Source: Croceivirga sp. (GTDB taxonomy: Bacteria; Bacteroidota; Bacteroidia; Flavobacteriales; Flavobacteriaceae). Taken from it: a stretch of 64,000 nt of DNA. Shown here piece by piece: positions 1 to 10,016 of this stretch. Both the position numbers and the translations under genes were made by a program. The DNA lies in NCBI GenBank assembly GCA_028281025.1, contig JANQKR010000034.1, positions 9,848 to 73,847 on the forward strand. The letters run 5' to 3'. How positions within the stretch are numbered: position 1 is the first letter of the stretch; each line of letters starts with the position of its first letter. Under the pieces are notes generated by a model. That model was given only the letters and a program-made list of their open reading frames with translations, was not told where the DNA came from and made no database searches.

Positions 1-117
1 GGTGTGGATGGCGGCCGATTGAGTACGGAAGGCAAGGGTGAATTGGAACCCATTGCCGAAAACTCATCTCCCGAGGGCAAGGCCCAGAACAGGCGTGTTG
101 AATTCATAAAACAATAA
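1..117 (+). CDS. OmpA-family protein, C-terminal fragment (gene starts before the window)
   Basis: Frame 1 reads GVDGGRLSTEGKGELEPIAENSSPEGKAQNRRVEFIKQ*, with the OmpA/MotB C-terminal G.GE..P...N....G...NRRVEF motif. Confidence 0.9.
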   Translation, partial: GVDGGRLSTEGKGELEPIAENSSPEGKAQNRRVEFIKQ

Positions 118-125
118 ATCCGACC

Positions 126-824
126 ATGAAAAAACAGTTTGCGACCATTCTTTCACTGTTCCTATGCACTATGGCAAGTAAAGCACAGGACAATTGCAGC
201 ACCTATTATCCAATGGCTGAAGGCACCTCTTACACCTATAATTTGTACAATAAAAAGAATAAGCTCGAAGGAACCACCGCCTATACCGTAACCAATGTGA
301 ACAACAATGGTGGCAACACTTCTGCGACCATGAAAATGAGGTTTGAAGATGCGAAAGGAAAAAATGCCTTTGAATCGGACTATACCATGACCTGTACGGG
401 AGATGGTATAAAAATTGACTTCAAAAGTCTTTTTCCAAGTCAGATGCAACAACAATATGAAGCAATGAACCTTGAAATGGACATTACCGGAACGGATATA
501 GAAATCCCGAACACCTTGTCCATTGGCCAGGAATTGGCCGATGCCAATATCAACGTCAACATGAGCATGAGTGGAATGAACATGAAGATTGAAGTGAATA
601 CCACGGACCGGACCGTGGTGGGTGCAGAATCCGTGACCACTCCGGCTGGAACTTTTGATTGTTTTGTCATTTCAGCGAACACCTCTTCCAAAATGATGAT
701 GGCAAATCATGAAATGAGCGATAAAATTTGGCTGTCCAAAGGAGTGGGAATCGTTAAACAAGAGACGTATTCCAAAAATGGGAAACTGGAAAGTAGAATG
801 GAATTGGAAACCCTTTCCAAATAG
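126..824 (+). CDS. Secreted hypothetical protein (DUF3108-like beta-rich)
   Basis: Sec signal peptide; ESVTTPAGTFDC and WLSKGVGIVK motifs typical of DUF3108-like proteins. Confidence 0.7.
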   Translation: MKKQFATILSLFLCTMASKAQDNCSTYYPMAEGTSYTYNLYNKKNKLEGTTAYTVTNVNNNGGNTSATMKMRFEDAKGKNAFESDYTMTCTGDGIKIDFKSLFPSQMQQQYEAMNLEMDITGTDIEIPNTLSIGQELADANINVNMSMSGMNMKIEVNTTDRTVVGAESVTTPAGTFDCFVISANTSSKMMMANHEMSDKIWLSKGVGIVKQETYSKNGKLESRMELETLSK

Positions 825-862
825 AAAGGGCAAACTGCGGTCTAGACCGCGGTTTGCCCTTT
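825..862. terminator. Bidirectional intrinsic terminator
   Basis: AAAGGGCAAACTGCGG-TCTAGA-CCGCGGTTTGCCCTTT hairpin between convergent genes, overlapping the lipB stop. Confidence 0.8.
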
Positions 863-1558
863 AAACAACTTTGCTTCAAACAGCGTTTCAAAATGCCGAA
901 GAAGTTTTTGCTTTACCTCTTCCATATCAACCCTTTCCTTTCCCAGTTCAATATTTAAGGACGTAACGGCCTTATCCTTTATGCCGCAAGGGATCATTAA
1001 ATCAAAATAGCCCAAATCCGCATTGATGTTAAAGGCGAAGCCATGCATGGTCACCCAACGACTGGCACGCACGCCCATGGCACATATTTTACGGGCAAAT
1101 GGAGTGCCTACATCCAGCCAAACTCCCGTTTCACCATAGGAACGCTCTCCCTTAAGACCATATTCAGCCAAAGTCAAAATCACCATTTCTTCCAGAAATC
1201 TAAGGTATTTGTGGATATCGGTAAAAAAATTATCCAAATCCAGAATGGGATAACCCACTATCTGTCCCGGCCCATGATAGGTAATATCACCCCCCCTGTT
1301 GATTTTATAAAATTTTGCCCCTTTCTCCGCCAATACCTGTTCATCCACAAGCAAGTTTTCCATATCACCACTCTTTCCAAGTGTAAACACATGTGGATGC
1401 TCCACAAATAAAAAATGGTTGGGTGTGGGCAGATTCCGTTCTTCCCTTCGGTTCTTGATCTTGGTATCAACAATTTCCTTAAAAAGAAATTCTTGATAGT
1501 CCCAGGTTTCTTGGTAATCCTTTTGGCCCAAATCTTCTAGTAGGACTTTCTTGTTCAT
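842..1558 (-). CDS. lipB: Lipoyl(octanoyl) transferase
   Basis: EHPHVFTLG, RGGDITYHGPGQ, KICAMG, HGFAFN and PCGI motifs. Confidence 0.97.
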   Translation of the reverse strand: MNKKVLLEDLGQKDYQETWDYQEFLFKEIVDTKIKNRREERNLPTPNHFLFVEHPHVFTLGKSGDMENLLVDEQVLAEKGAKFYKINRGGDITYHGPGQIVGYPILDLDNFFTDIHKYLRFLEEMVILTLAEYGLKGERSYGETGVWLDVGTPFARKICAMGVRASRWVTMHGFAFNINADLGYFDLMIPCGIKDKAVTSLNIELGKERVDMEEVKQKLLRHFETLFEAKLFKGQTAV

Positions 1559-1581
1559 CCTACAAAAATACGAAGCCCCAA

Positions 1582-2325
1582 TCAGTTCTCCAGTTCCACC
1601 TTTAGATCCATGGATTTTGGATTTTTCATCATATCCAAAAAGTTCACTTCATATACCATGGTCTTTCCATCCATGGAAAAGGTTGCACCTTCAACATTTA
1701 CACGCTTCACACGTTTTGGAAAATGGTACTTGAAGGTGTAGGTCGATCCGGAAAGAAACATTTCGGCACCCTGCAAACTATCCAATTCCTGTTCAAACAT
1801 AGCTTGATCCACAATGGTGATCTTTCGGGTAAAAGTGTTGCCCCTAAGGGCATAGTTTACCTGGGTTGTAGGCGTTTTGGATTTCATGGGGGAGGTGCTG
1901 TCCGGGCCAATGGAAGGTCCAAGTGAACCTGCTTCCTGAAAAGCGTTGAAGGCATCATTGACCTCCGACACTTTTTTAAACTCACTGTACATGTCAAAAT
2001 TCATCGTGCCCTTTCCATGGTCCACTACCATACGGATACTAAAAGGTTCCAGTTTTTTCAGTTTTGCTTGCTCTTCGGGAGACAATTGCGCTATACTATC
2101 TTTCTTTTCTTCCAATAAATCCCTGAAAACCAATGTAGAATCGATGGCTTTTTCGGTAGAAAGCGTTGAATCCATGGACGCTAACATGGCCATCATCTCA
2201 TTTCCATCAAAATGAATGTTTAATTTCCCGGAACCATCTTCATTAAAGTAAATCTCTTCAGTAAAATTACAGGAGGGCAACAGTGTGGAAAACACTAAAA
2301 TTCCCAAAAGTTTTGAAAAATTCAT
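1582..2325 (-). CDS. Hypothetical lipoprotein
   Basis: Lipobox LLPSC; CNFTEEIYFNEDGSG N-terminus of a conserved Bacteroidota family. Confidence 0.8.
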   Translation of the reverse strand: MNFSKLLGILVFSTLLPSCNFTEEIYFNEDGSGKLNIHFDGNEMMAMLASMDSTLSTEKAIDSTLVFRDLLEEKKDSIAQLSPEEQAKLKKLEPFSIRMVVDHGKGTMNFDMYSEFKKVSEVNDAFNAFQEAGSLGPSIGPDSTSPMKSKTPTTQVNYALRGNTFTRKITIVDQAMFEQELDSLQGAEMFLSGSTYTFKYHFPKRVKRVNVEGATFSMDGKTMVYEVNFLDMMKNPKSMDLKVELEN

Positions 2326-2477
2326 GGTTGGTCGAATTCGTTTTGTAAAGGTTGACTAGTTTGCAAGATAGACCATTCCGTCCTAAACCGCCAGACCCTT
2401 GAAGAATAAATATATCTGCTCTGCATACCAATGAATTCCATGGTCATTTCGTTATTTTTATATGAGTTTTTAGGTGT

Positions 2478-3239
2478 ATGATAAAAAAGAGCGTTGTTTT
2501 CCCATTACGGATGCTACTGCTGCTATGGGCAGTTTCTTGTTCCGATAGCGATACCCCCTTATTCGAATCTCCCATTACTGAACCGGAGGTCGGGGAACAG
2601 GGGGAAGCTCCAAGGGAGGTTCCCATGGGGGACAACGACTATTTTTATTTGGCCCTGGGAGATAGTTACACCATTGGTACTGGAATTGATCCCAAGGACA
2701 GTTATCCTTCACAGTTGACATTGACGTTAAACAATAGGGCCAATGTTTCGGTAAATCTTGAGGTTATTGCCACAAATGGTTGGCGTACGGACGACTTAAT
2801 ACGGGCCATTGAGGGGAAAAAAAGACAGGAATACAGTTTTGTCACCTTATTGATCGGCGTCAATAATCAATTTCAGGGCATACAGTTTTCGGTATTCCAG
2901 GACGAATTCAAAACGCTGTTGGACAGGTCCATAGCACTTGCTGAAAATCGACCTGGACAGGTCATCGTCATTTCAATCCCGGATTATACCTATTCGCCAG
3001 GGGGCAAAATTTATGACTTTGGAGGGACCACTTCGGACCAAATTGATGACTACAATACTTTTGCGCGGAACACTGCAATTGAAAGGGGTTCACGCTTCAT
3101 TGACATTACGGATATTAGCAGGGAAGGCCTTAAACAGCCCGATTTGATCGCCCCCGATAGCTTGCACTTGTCCGGGAAGGCATACAAACAGGTCATGGAA
3201 CGGCTGTTGCCGGCTTTCGATAGCATTTTTCCAAACTAA
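2478..3239 (+). CDS. SGNH/GDSL hydrolase family lipoprotein
   Basis: Lipobox AVSC; LALGDSYT, IGVNN and DSLH catalytic blocks. Confidence 0.92.
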   Translation: MIKKSVVFPLRMLLLLWAVSCSDSDTPLFESPITEPEVGEQGEAPREVPMGDNDYFYLALGDSYTIGTGIDPKDSYPSQLTLTLNNRANVSVNLEVIATNGWRTDDLIRAIEGKKRQEYSFVTLLIGVNNQFQGIQFSVFQDEFKTLLDRSIALAENRPGQVIVISIPDYTYSPGGKIYDFGGTTSDQIDDYNTFARNTAIERGSRFIDITDISREGLKQPDLIAPDSLHLSGKAYKQVMERLLPAFDSIFPN

Positions 3240-3250
3240 TCACGGCCATT

Positions 3251-3406
3251 TTAATTGGGATTGTTCAGAATAACCAAAGCGGCAATGACCCCTGGAACCC
3301 AACCGCACAGTGTTAAAAGCAGCACTATAAGAAAGGATCCGCACCCCTTTCCAATAACGGCCAGTGGCGGGAAAATGATGGCTAATAATACCCGTATAAG
3401 ACTCAT
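3251..3406 (-). CDS. YqaE/Pmp3 family small membrane proteolipid (51 aa, not in the ORF track)
   Basis: Manual translation MSLIRVLLAIIFPPLAVIGKGCGSFLIVLLLTLCGWVPGVIAALVILNNPN*, with the Pmp3 IFPPLAV and GWxPGVI motifs. Confidence 0.9.
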   Translation of the reverse strand: MSLIRVLLAIIFPPLAVIGKGCGSFLIVLLLTLCGWVPGVIAALVILNNPN

Positions 3407-3475
3407 GTTGATTTTGATTGATGTACCATATAGGTCTAAAAATAACGTAACTTGTTACAGAAAAAGACGATTTAA

Positions 3476-4504
3476 ATGCGATTTTCTTTTCTCCTTTTTG
3501 CCCTTTTGATCTTTGGGGCTTCCCAGGCCCAATTTCACTTTAAAGGACAGGTCTCCAAAGACTTTGCGAACAAAGAGGTCCATTTGTCCTTGGTGGAGGA
3601 TTATCGCAGGACTTCCCGGGTGTATTTGGACCAGGTTTTTCAGAAAACCGTTGCGGACTCCCTTGGCTATTTCTCCTTTTCGGGAAATGCAATTCCTGAA
3701 ACCAATCGGATTTATAGGATTCATGTGGATGCCTGTGAAAGCAGTACCGGTGATAAAAACCATATCATGGGTTTCTGTCCCGCTATGGAAAGCATACTGT
3801 TCATAGCAAACAACAGGGATACTCTGTCACTGCCTTTGGGAATGGACCAACAGGCTTTCTGCGAAATAGTTTCCACAAACAGCATGTCCGCTGCGTTGTT
3901 ACAATTGGATTTGCTTAAAGAAGAACTGATCGTGGATGTACTGGAACAGGAAACTGAGGTTGCCAAAAACATGACCTATAAAAAATGGATACGGCAATTT
4001 CAAATCACGAGTCTAAATACCGAGGAACCCTTGGCCGAATTGTATGGCTATAACTTTCTATCGAACAGGGAAAATGAAACCTATCCGTATTACCTTCAGG
4101 ATTTACAAGAGAGCCCTTATTATGAGGGGTTAAAAGGACGGTTGAAGGAAATCTATCCCAAAGCAAGCTTTACCCAACAGTTCCAAAAAGAGCTTAAAGC
4201 GGATAGGACCCTTATTGCTGATGAAGAAACCATTGGAGCCCGTTTTAAACTGATCCATATCCTAGATGTTGTCCTGGGAATTGCCGCCGTTCAAGGAGCC
4301 CTCTATTCCTATGGCAGATGGAAACGCACAAAAAACCAAAATCCCTTTGATGCGTTATCCCCACAGGAAAGAAAGGTGTTGAACGCCATTTTGGAAGGAA
4401 AGTCCAATAAAGAAATTGCTACGGATTTCTTCATTAGCCTAAGTACGGTAAAATCACATATCAACAGTCTTTACAAAAAACTGGGGATGTCCTCACGGGA
4501 CTAG
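3476..4504 (+). CDS. Membrane-anchored LuxR-type HTH regulator (signal peptide, periplasmic domain, TM, HTH); possibly truncated by a premature TAG
   Basis: C-terminal LSPQERKVL...GKSNKEIA..FFISLSTVKSHINSLYKKLG motif. Confidence 0.88.
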   Translation: MRFSFLLFALLIFGASQAQFHFKGQVSKDFANKEVHLSLVEDYRRTSRVYLDQVFQKTVADSLGYFSFSGNAIPETNRIYRIHVDACESSTGDKNHIMGFCPAMESILFIANNRDTLSLPLGMDQQAFCEIVSTNSMSAALLQLDLLKEELIVDVLEQETEVAKNMTYKKWIRQFQITSLNTEEPLAELYGYNFLSNRENETYPYYLQDLQESPYYEGLKGRLKEIYPKASFTQQFQKELKADRTLIADEETIGARFKLIHILDVVLGIAAVQGALYSYGRWKRTKNQNPFDALSPQERKVLNAILEGKSNKEIATDFFISLSTVKSHINSLYKKLGMSSRD

Positions 4505-4621
4505 ATCTTTTCCTATTACAAGGGAAAACATTGATTTCGACCTGGGTCTAGTCCCTATTTCCAACCCAATCCCCTTTCCCAAAAAGTGTTTCTTGGTGAT
4601 TTTCGGGAAAAACTGAAAATC

Positions 4622-5164
4622 ATGAAAAAACTTTTTTTCCTAATGAGCATTGCCGTTGTTTTTCAACTGAAGGCACAGACCACGTACCAAGGGATAGCAA
4701 CACCCAATGGGGACCCCTTTCTCCTGGGTAAGATAAGTAAGGCCAATTTAAAGGCATCACCGTACCAGACCTGGTATAAAAACAATTACGAGGCCTATCC
4801 CGTAGATGAAAATCTAGTGGCCCTATTTAAAAAGGAACTGAACCAGCACGAGGTTGTATTGTTCCTTGGTACCTGGTGCGGTGACAGTAAACGGGAGGTC
4901 CCAAGAATGCTTAAAATACTCGAAACGGCCAATTTTCCGGAAGAGCGACTGAAAATTGTAGCGTTGGACCGAAGAAAGGACAACTATAAAAAAGGGCTCA
5001 ATGGAGAGGAAAAAGGATGGGATATAAAACGTGTCCCCACACTGATCCTTCTAAAAAACGGAGTGGAGGCAAATCGCATTGTGGAACGACCTGTGGATAC
5101 CTTGGAAGAGGATCTGTTGGCTATCCTGACCAATTTGGACTACACACCCAACTACGGCAACTAA
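4622..5164 (+). CDS. Thioredoxin-family protein (WCGDS)
   Basis: Signal peptide; FLGTWCGDSKREVP and cis-Pro RVPT motifs. Confidence 0.88.
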   Translation: MKKLFFLMSIAVVFQLKAQTTYQGIATPNGDPFLLGKISKANLKASPYQTWYKNNYEAYPVDENLVALFKKELNQHEVVLFLGTWCGDSKREVPRMLKILETANFPEERLKIVALDRRKDNYKKGLNGEEKGWDIKRVPTLILLKNGVEANRIVERPVDTLEEDLLAILTNLDYTPNYGN

Positions 5165-5183
5165 GCCATGGTCCCATACTATG

Positions 5184-5219
5184 AATTAAAGCGCAAAAGT
5201 GTAATTTTGCGCTTTAATT
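5184..5219. promoter_or_regulatory. Perfect 15-bp inverted repeat containing the lysS -7 promoter element
   Basis: AATTAAAGCGCAAAA-GTGTAA-TTTTGCGCTTTAATT; TAATTTTG at 5202-5209 matches Bacteroidota TAnnTTTG. Confidence 0.7.
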
Positions 5220-5226
5220 TTTGGCT

Positions 5227-6918
5227 ATGCAATTATCCGAACAAGAGCTTGTACGACGAGAAAAACTGACCAAATTGAGGGAATTGGGCATTGATCCCTA
5301 TCCTGCTGCGCTCTATCCCGTTGATACCAACTCCAAAAACATAAAGGAAGGTTTTGAGGAAGGGAAAAAGGTAATCATCGCCGGTCGGTTAATGTCCCGT
5401 CGCATTCAGGGAAAGGCCTCTTTTGCAGAGCTTCAAGATAGTGAAGGACGTATCCAGGTGTATTTTAACCGTGACGAAATATGCCCTGGACAAGACAAAA
5501 CAAGCTACAACGAGGTCTACAAAAAACTGTTGGACATCGGTGACTTCATCGGAGTGGAGGGAACCCTTTTCACCACTCAGGTGGGGGAAAAAACGGTCAT
5601 GGTCAAAAATTTCAAGATTTTAAGCAAGTCCCTGCGTCCCTTGCCCTTACCCAAAGTGGATGCCGATGGAAAGGTCTATGATGAATTCAATGATCCCGAG
5701 TTGCGCTATCGACAACGTTATGTGGATTTGGTCGTGAATCCCAAAGTAAAGGAGACCTTTATCAAGCGTACCAAAATCACGAACAGTATTCGGGAGTTTT
5801 ATAATGAACGGGGGTATTTGGAAGTGGAAACCCCCATTCTTCAACCTATTCCCGGAGGCGCTGCGGCCCGGCCTTTCTTAACGCACCACAACGCGCTGAA
5901 CATTCCCTTGTATTTGCGCATTGCCAATGAGCTGTACCTAAAGCGTTTGATTGTTGGCGGATTTGATGGGGTATATGAATTCTCCAAAGACTTTCGGAAC
6001 GAGGGGATGGACCGCACCCATAATCCGGAATTTACGGTTATGGAACTCTATGTGGCCTATAAGGATTACCATTGGATGATGGAGACCACGGAGCAGCTCT
6101 TGGAAAAAGTGGCCAAGGATGCTGCAGGGGGCACAAAAATCACTGTTGGGGAAAATACCATTGAATTTAAGGCGCCCTATCCCAGGGTCCCTATTTTGGA
6201 GGCCATTAAGGAACATACGGGCATCGATGTTTCGGGTATGGGCGAAGCAGAACTCCGCGAAACGGCAAAAGGTTTGGAAATTGAAGTCGATGGGACCATG
6301 GGCGTGGGGAAACTGATAGACGAGATTTTTGGTGAAAAATGTGAACACCATTACATCCAACCCACTTTTATCACCGATTATCCCAAAGAAATGAGCCCAT
6401 TGACGAAAGCCCACCGCAGTAAACCAGGACTCACGGAACGCTTTGAATTGATGGTCAATGGTAAAGAGTTGGCCAATGCCTACTCTGAGTTGAACGACCC
6501 CATAGATCAGCGTGAACGTTTTGAAGAACAACTACGTCTTTCCGAAAAAGGGGATGATGAGGCGATGTTCATTGATCAGGACTTTCTTAGGGCCCTGGAA
6601 TACGGAATGCCCCCAACTTCTGGAATCGGAATTGGCATTGACCGTTTGGTGATGCTCATGACCGATAACTCCAGTATCCAGGAAGTACTCTTCTTCCCTC
6701 AAATGCGACCCGAGAAAAAGCAGGTAGAATTGACCGAGGAGGAAAAAATCATCATGGACATCCTAAAACCAAAGGGTGAAATGATTTTGGCAGAATTAAA
6801 AACTGCGGCCGGACTTAGCGGTAAGAAATGGGATAAAAGCACCAAAAACCTTTCGAAACTCGGATTGTTTCAAGTGGAAAAAAATGAAAATGGCCTTTTT
6901 GCAAAGACAAAACAGTAA
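5227..6918 (+). CDS. lysS: Lysine--tRNA ligase (class II) with C-terminal extension
   Basis: OB-fold anticodon domain, EVETP, FRNEG.D.THNPEFT and YGMPP.SG.GIGIDR motifs. Confidence 0.98.
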   Translation: MQLSEQELVRREKLTKLRELGIDPYPAALYPVDTNSKNIKEGFEEGKKVIIAGRLMSRRIQGKASFAELQDSEGRIQVYFNRDEICPGQDKTSYNEVYKKLLDIGDFIGVEGTLFTTQVGEKTVMVKNFKILSKSLRPLPLPKVDADGKVYDEFNDPELRYRQRYVDLVVNPKVKETFIKRTKITNSIREFYNERGYLEVETPILQPIPGGAAARPFLTHHNALNIPLYLRIANELYLKRLIVGGFDGVYEFSKDFRNEGMDRTHNPEFTVMELYVAYKDYHWMMETTEQLLEKVAKDAAGGTKITVGENTIEFKAPYPRVPILEAIKEHTGIDVSGMGEAELRETAKGLEIEVDGTMGVGKLIDEIFGEKCEHHYIQPTFITDYPKEMSPLTKAHRSKPGLTERFELMVNGKELANAYSELNDPIDQRERFEEQLRLSEKGDDEAMFIDQDFLRALEYGMPPTSGIGIGIDRLVMLMTDNSSIQEVLFFPQMRPEKKQVELTEEEKIIMDILKPKGEMILAELKTAAGLSGKKWDKSTKNLSKLGLFQVEKNENGLFAKTKQ

Positions 6919-6965
6919 GTACTTTTCTTTCGGCATTGATAGAAATCCTTTAGCTTAGGGTCCCA

Positions 6966-8396
6966 ATGGAACTCAGCAAAAAAATGGGCCTGATTCTGGG
7001 GCCCCTGGTTTTTCTTGTATTTCTTGGTCTCCCTTTTGAACTGGTATCCAAAAAAGGGGATTTGGTCATTGCCGTAGCCGTTTGGATGCTCTTTTGGTGG
7101 ATTACCGAAGCGGTCTCCATTTCCGTTACCGCTTTATTGCCCCTGTTACTGTTCCCCTTGCTCAAAATTTTGCCTATTGCAGAGGTTGGGGCAAACTACG
7201 GTAGCCCCATTGTTTTTTTATTCTTTGGGGGCTTTGTTATGGCTTTGGCATTGGAGAAGGTAAATCTGCACAAACGCATTGCCTTGAATATTATCCGGTT
7301 AACGGGAACCACCCCAAACAAAGTGGTACTCGGATTTATGATTGCCACTGCCGCATTAAGTATGTGGATCAGCAATACGGCCAGTACCGTGGTTATGTTG
7401 CCCATTGCCCTTTCGGTCATTGGCCTGTTGATCAATGATGAGGATGGCTTCACCAAAAACGATCAAAATTTTGCACTTAGTGTCATGTTGGGCATTGCCT
7501 TCTCTGCCAATGCGGGAGGGATAGCCACAGTTATAGGCACGCCCCCCAATTCGGTAATGATCGGCTTGTTGGAAAATGAATATAACATCCAGATTTCCTT
7601 TTTAAAATGGATGACCTTGGGTGTTCCTTTCGCTGCCTTATTGATCGGTATTACCTATTTGGTCCTGGTCCGGTGGATGTTTCCCAACCGGGATTTGAAG
7701 TTCAATGCTTCCAAAGAGGTCATTCATGAGGAATTAAAAAAACTAGGGCCTACCTCTGGTAAAGAAAAAATGGTCTTGGTCATTTTTGGCATCACGGTTT
7801 TTCTATGGATTTTCCGAACACTTATCAATTCGGTTTTCCCAAAATTGGGATTGTCGGATACCATGATCAGCATATTTGCGGCCATTGCCCTTTTTGCGGT
7901 TCCCTACAATGCTAAAAGAGGGGAATTTATCATTCACTGGCAAGACACGTCCAAATTGGCCTGGGGGATATTGATTCTTTTTGGGGGAGGACTGGCATTG
8001 GCAAAGGGTATGTCCGTCAGCGGTATTGTGGATTTGGTGGCCAATGCGATTGCCCAAAGCGAAATCAGCATTTTGTTTACCGCTTCGCTCCTCATCTTAT
8101 TAATGTTGTTCATGACGGAACTCATGAGCAATGTCGCCCTGGTTGCCGTTTTAGCTCCGGTTGTGGCCGGTATTGCCATTGGTCTTGGCCTTCCCATCCT
8201 TTATCTCTTGATTCCCGTGACCATGGCCAGTAGTTGTGCTTTTATGTTGCCTATGGCCACGCCGCCCAATGCCATTGTTTTTGCCAGTGGTTATGTAAAA
8301 GTGCCCCAAATGGCCAGGGTTGGCATCGTCCTAAACTTAATATCCGTGGCCCTTTTAATTCTGGTCTTTCAATTTGTGGTCCCCCTACTTTTCTAA
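6966..8396 (+). CDS. SLC13/DASS family sodium-coupled anion transporter
   Basis: Polytopic membrane protein; SMWISNTAST, GTPPN, ELMSN and MLPMATPPN motifs. Confidence 0.92.
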   Translation: MELSKKMGLILGPLVFLVFLGLPFELVSKKGDLVIAVAVWMLFWWITEAVSISVTALLPLLLFPLLKILPIAEVGANYGSPIVFLFFGGFVMALALEKVNLHKRIALNIIRLTGTTPNKVVLGFMIATAALSMWISNTASTVVMLPIALSVIGLLINDEDGFTKNDQNFALSVMLGIAFSANAGGIATVIGTPPNSVMIGLLENEYNIQISFLKWMTLGVPFAALLIGITYLVLVRWMFPNRDLKFNASKEVIHEELKKLGPTSGKEKMVLVIFGITVFLWIFRTLINSVFPKLGLSDTMISIFAAIALFAVPYNAKRGEFIIHWQDTSKLAWGILILFGGGLALAKGMSVSGIVDLVANAIAQSEISILFTASLLILLMLFMTELMSNVALVAVLAPVVAGIAIGLGLPILYLLIPVTMASSCAFMLPMATPPNAIVFASGYVKVPQMARVGIVLNLISVALLILVFQFVVPLLF

Positions 8397-8445
8397 ACAA
8401 AAAAAGCCCAAAAACTGGGCTATGTATTGTGCAGCTGTCCAAATA

Positions 8446-9192
8446 CTACTCCTGTAGTTCGTCAAATTCCAATTTGGACAAACCTTCCGGCGATGTCTTA
8501 AAGTCGATGGGTATGGCAACTCCTTTCCTCACCACAAAATCGGTCATGACCAACTGTTGTTGGGAAAGCTTTCGCAGTGCATCGAAATTGGTAAATCCAT
8601 TATGGGCCAGGTAAAGCCGTTTCAGCTTTTTCAATTGCTCCATACCAAGGGGAATTGCTCCTTCCAAATCGTTGTTGGCCACTGCCAAAGTCCTTAATTG
8701 GGAGAGTTCATTGATTCCTTGGGGCAATTCACCCATAAACTTATTATTGTTTAAATTGAGTTCTTCAAGACGCGTTAGCTTACCAATGGTATTGGGGATG
8801 TTTCCGGCCAAAGCATTATCCGAAAGATTGATGGTTCTCAGGTTTTTCAATTTTCTGAACAATCCCGGAACTTTTCCCCCAATGGTGTTGTTGGACAAAT
8901 CCAGGACTTCCAAATGTCTTAGATTGCCAATGGTAATCGGAATCCTACCCTGTAAATTGTTGTTCGATAGATGTAGGCCCACTACCTTGCCATTTCTGAC
9001 CGTAACCCCGTGCCAGGTGGAAATCGGTTTACTCTGATCCCATTCGTTGGTCCATAAATGACCCTTGGTCTTCGCCTTTAACTCCAATAGGGCAATAACT
9101 TCACGTTGGCTGACCTCATTTTGCGCCATGAGCATGGGGAGGGTCAAACACACCATCAGTAGTAAGCAGAACCTGGATTTAAAAGTCTTCAT
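8446..9192 (-). CDS. Secreted plant-type leucine-rich repeat protein
   Basis: Signal peptide; WHGVTV cap followed by ~24-aa LxxLxLSxNxLxGxIP repeats. Confidence 0.9.
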   Translation of the reverse strand: MKTFKSRFCLLLMVCLTLPMLMAQNEVSQREVIALLELKAKTKGHLWTNEWDQSKPISTWHGVTVRNGKVVGLHLSNNNLQGRIPITIGNLRHLEVLDLSNNTIGGKVPGLFRKLKNLRTINLSDNALAGNIPNTIGKLTRLEELNLNNNKFMGELPQGINELSQLRTLAVANNDLEGAIPLGMEQLKKLKRLYLAHNGFTNFDALRKLSQQQLVMTDFVVRKGVAIPIDFKTSPEGLSKLEFDELQE

Positions 9193-9357
9193 AACAAATG
9201 TTTGATTTGGCGTAAAGCTGGATTGTCCCAAAATTCAGAAAGGGCGTGCTCTTAAACAATTAATTGTGGTATAACCGGACAAATTAGTTGATCAAACCGA
9301 ACAAAACTGAGGTCTGCCTTTCAGCAAGTACCGACAATTTTGGGAAAATGGGCATAA

Positions 9358-9389
9358 AAAAAGCCCCGACCGTACGGTCGGGGCTTTTT
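9358..9389 (-). terminator. Intrinsic terminator of the 2-repeat protein gene (perfect 32-nt palindrome)
   Basis: AAAAAGCCCCGACCGTACGGTCGGGGCTTTTT. Confidence 0.85.
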
Positions 9390-9421
9390 CACTAACTAAC
9401 TCTAATACACTTTATTGAAAT

Positions 9422-9721
9422 CTACTCTTTGTATGGATTAAAATCCTCTGGAAGATAATCCTTGGTTTCAAAGCCCAGGTCTATGGCATCTTCCTCAATA
9501 AAATTCAAACTCTTTATGGAAACGTCTTCCTGGTAGGGATCAAAACCTTCAGGCAAATAGTCCGAGGTTTCGAAACCAAGTTCCGTTTGTTGATCCAATT
9601 CAATATAATCCACGGAATCTATATTGAATTCCCCTTTTGTCGTTTCAGCCGATTTTGCACTTAACATGGGCAAGAACAGCGCTGCCACAAATGTTAAAAC
9701 AAGATATTTTTGATACTTCAT
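9422..9721 (-). CDS. Small secreted acidic protein with 2 LGFETxDYLPExFxPY repeats
   Basis: Signal peptide MKYQKYLVLTFVAALFLPMLSA; two internal repeats; own promoter and terminator. Confidence 0.8.
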   Translation of the reverse strand: MKYQKYLVLTFVAALFLPMLSAKSAETTKGEFNIDSVDYIELDQQTELGFETSDYLPEGFDPYQEDVSIKSLNFIEEDAIDLGFETKDYLPEDFNPYKE

Positions 9722-9995
9722 AACCGTCATTTTTAGTAATGGTTGACAAAGGTAATACGCTTAAAATTCAACTTTAGTATGCTTTTCAGTTTCGTTAACA
9801 GGCCCAAAAAAAACTGTAGGAAAAGTATTGTCAACAAAAGGATTGCCCCTTTATGGAGGTGGCATCATTAGCATTCCTTTTTTGCCAAGTTGGCAGCGTT
9901 TGGCCCCATTTTTTAACAACTACATTTCGTCGATTTTTTCGTTATTTTTTTGTTAATTCCCCGTATTGGACCCCGTCACCATGGGAAAAACAAAA

Positions 9996-10016
9996 ATCCC
10001 GGCGATTCGCCGGGAT
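9996..10016 (-). terminator. Intrinsic terminator of the 5-repeat protein gene
   Basis: ATCCCGGCGA-T-TCGCCGGGAT, followed by a T-run on the minus strand. Confidence 0.8.
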
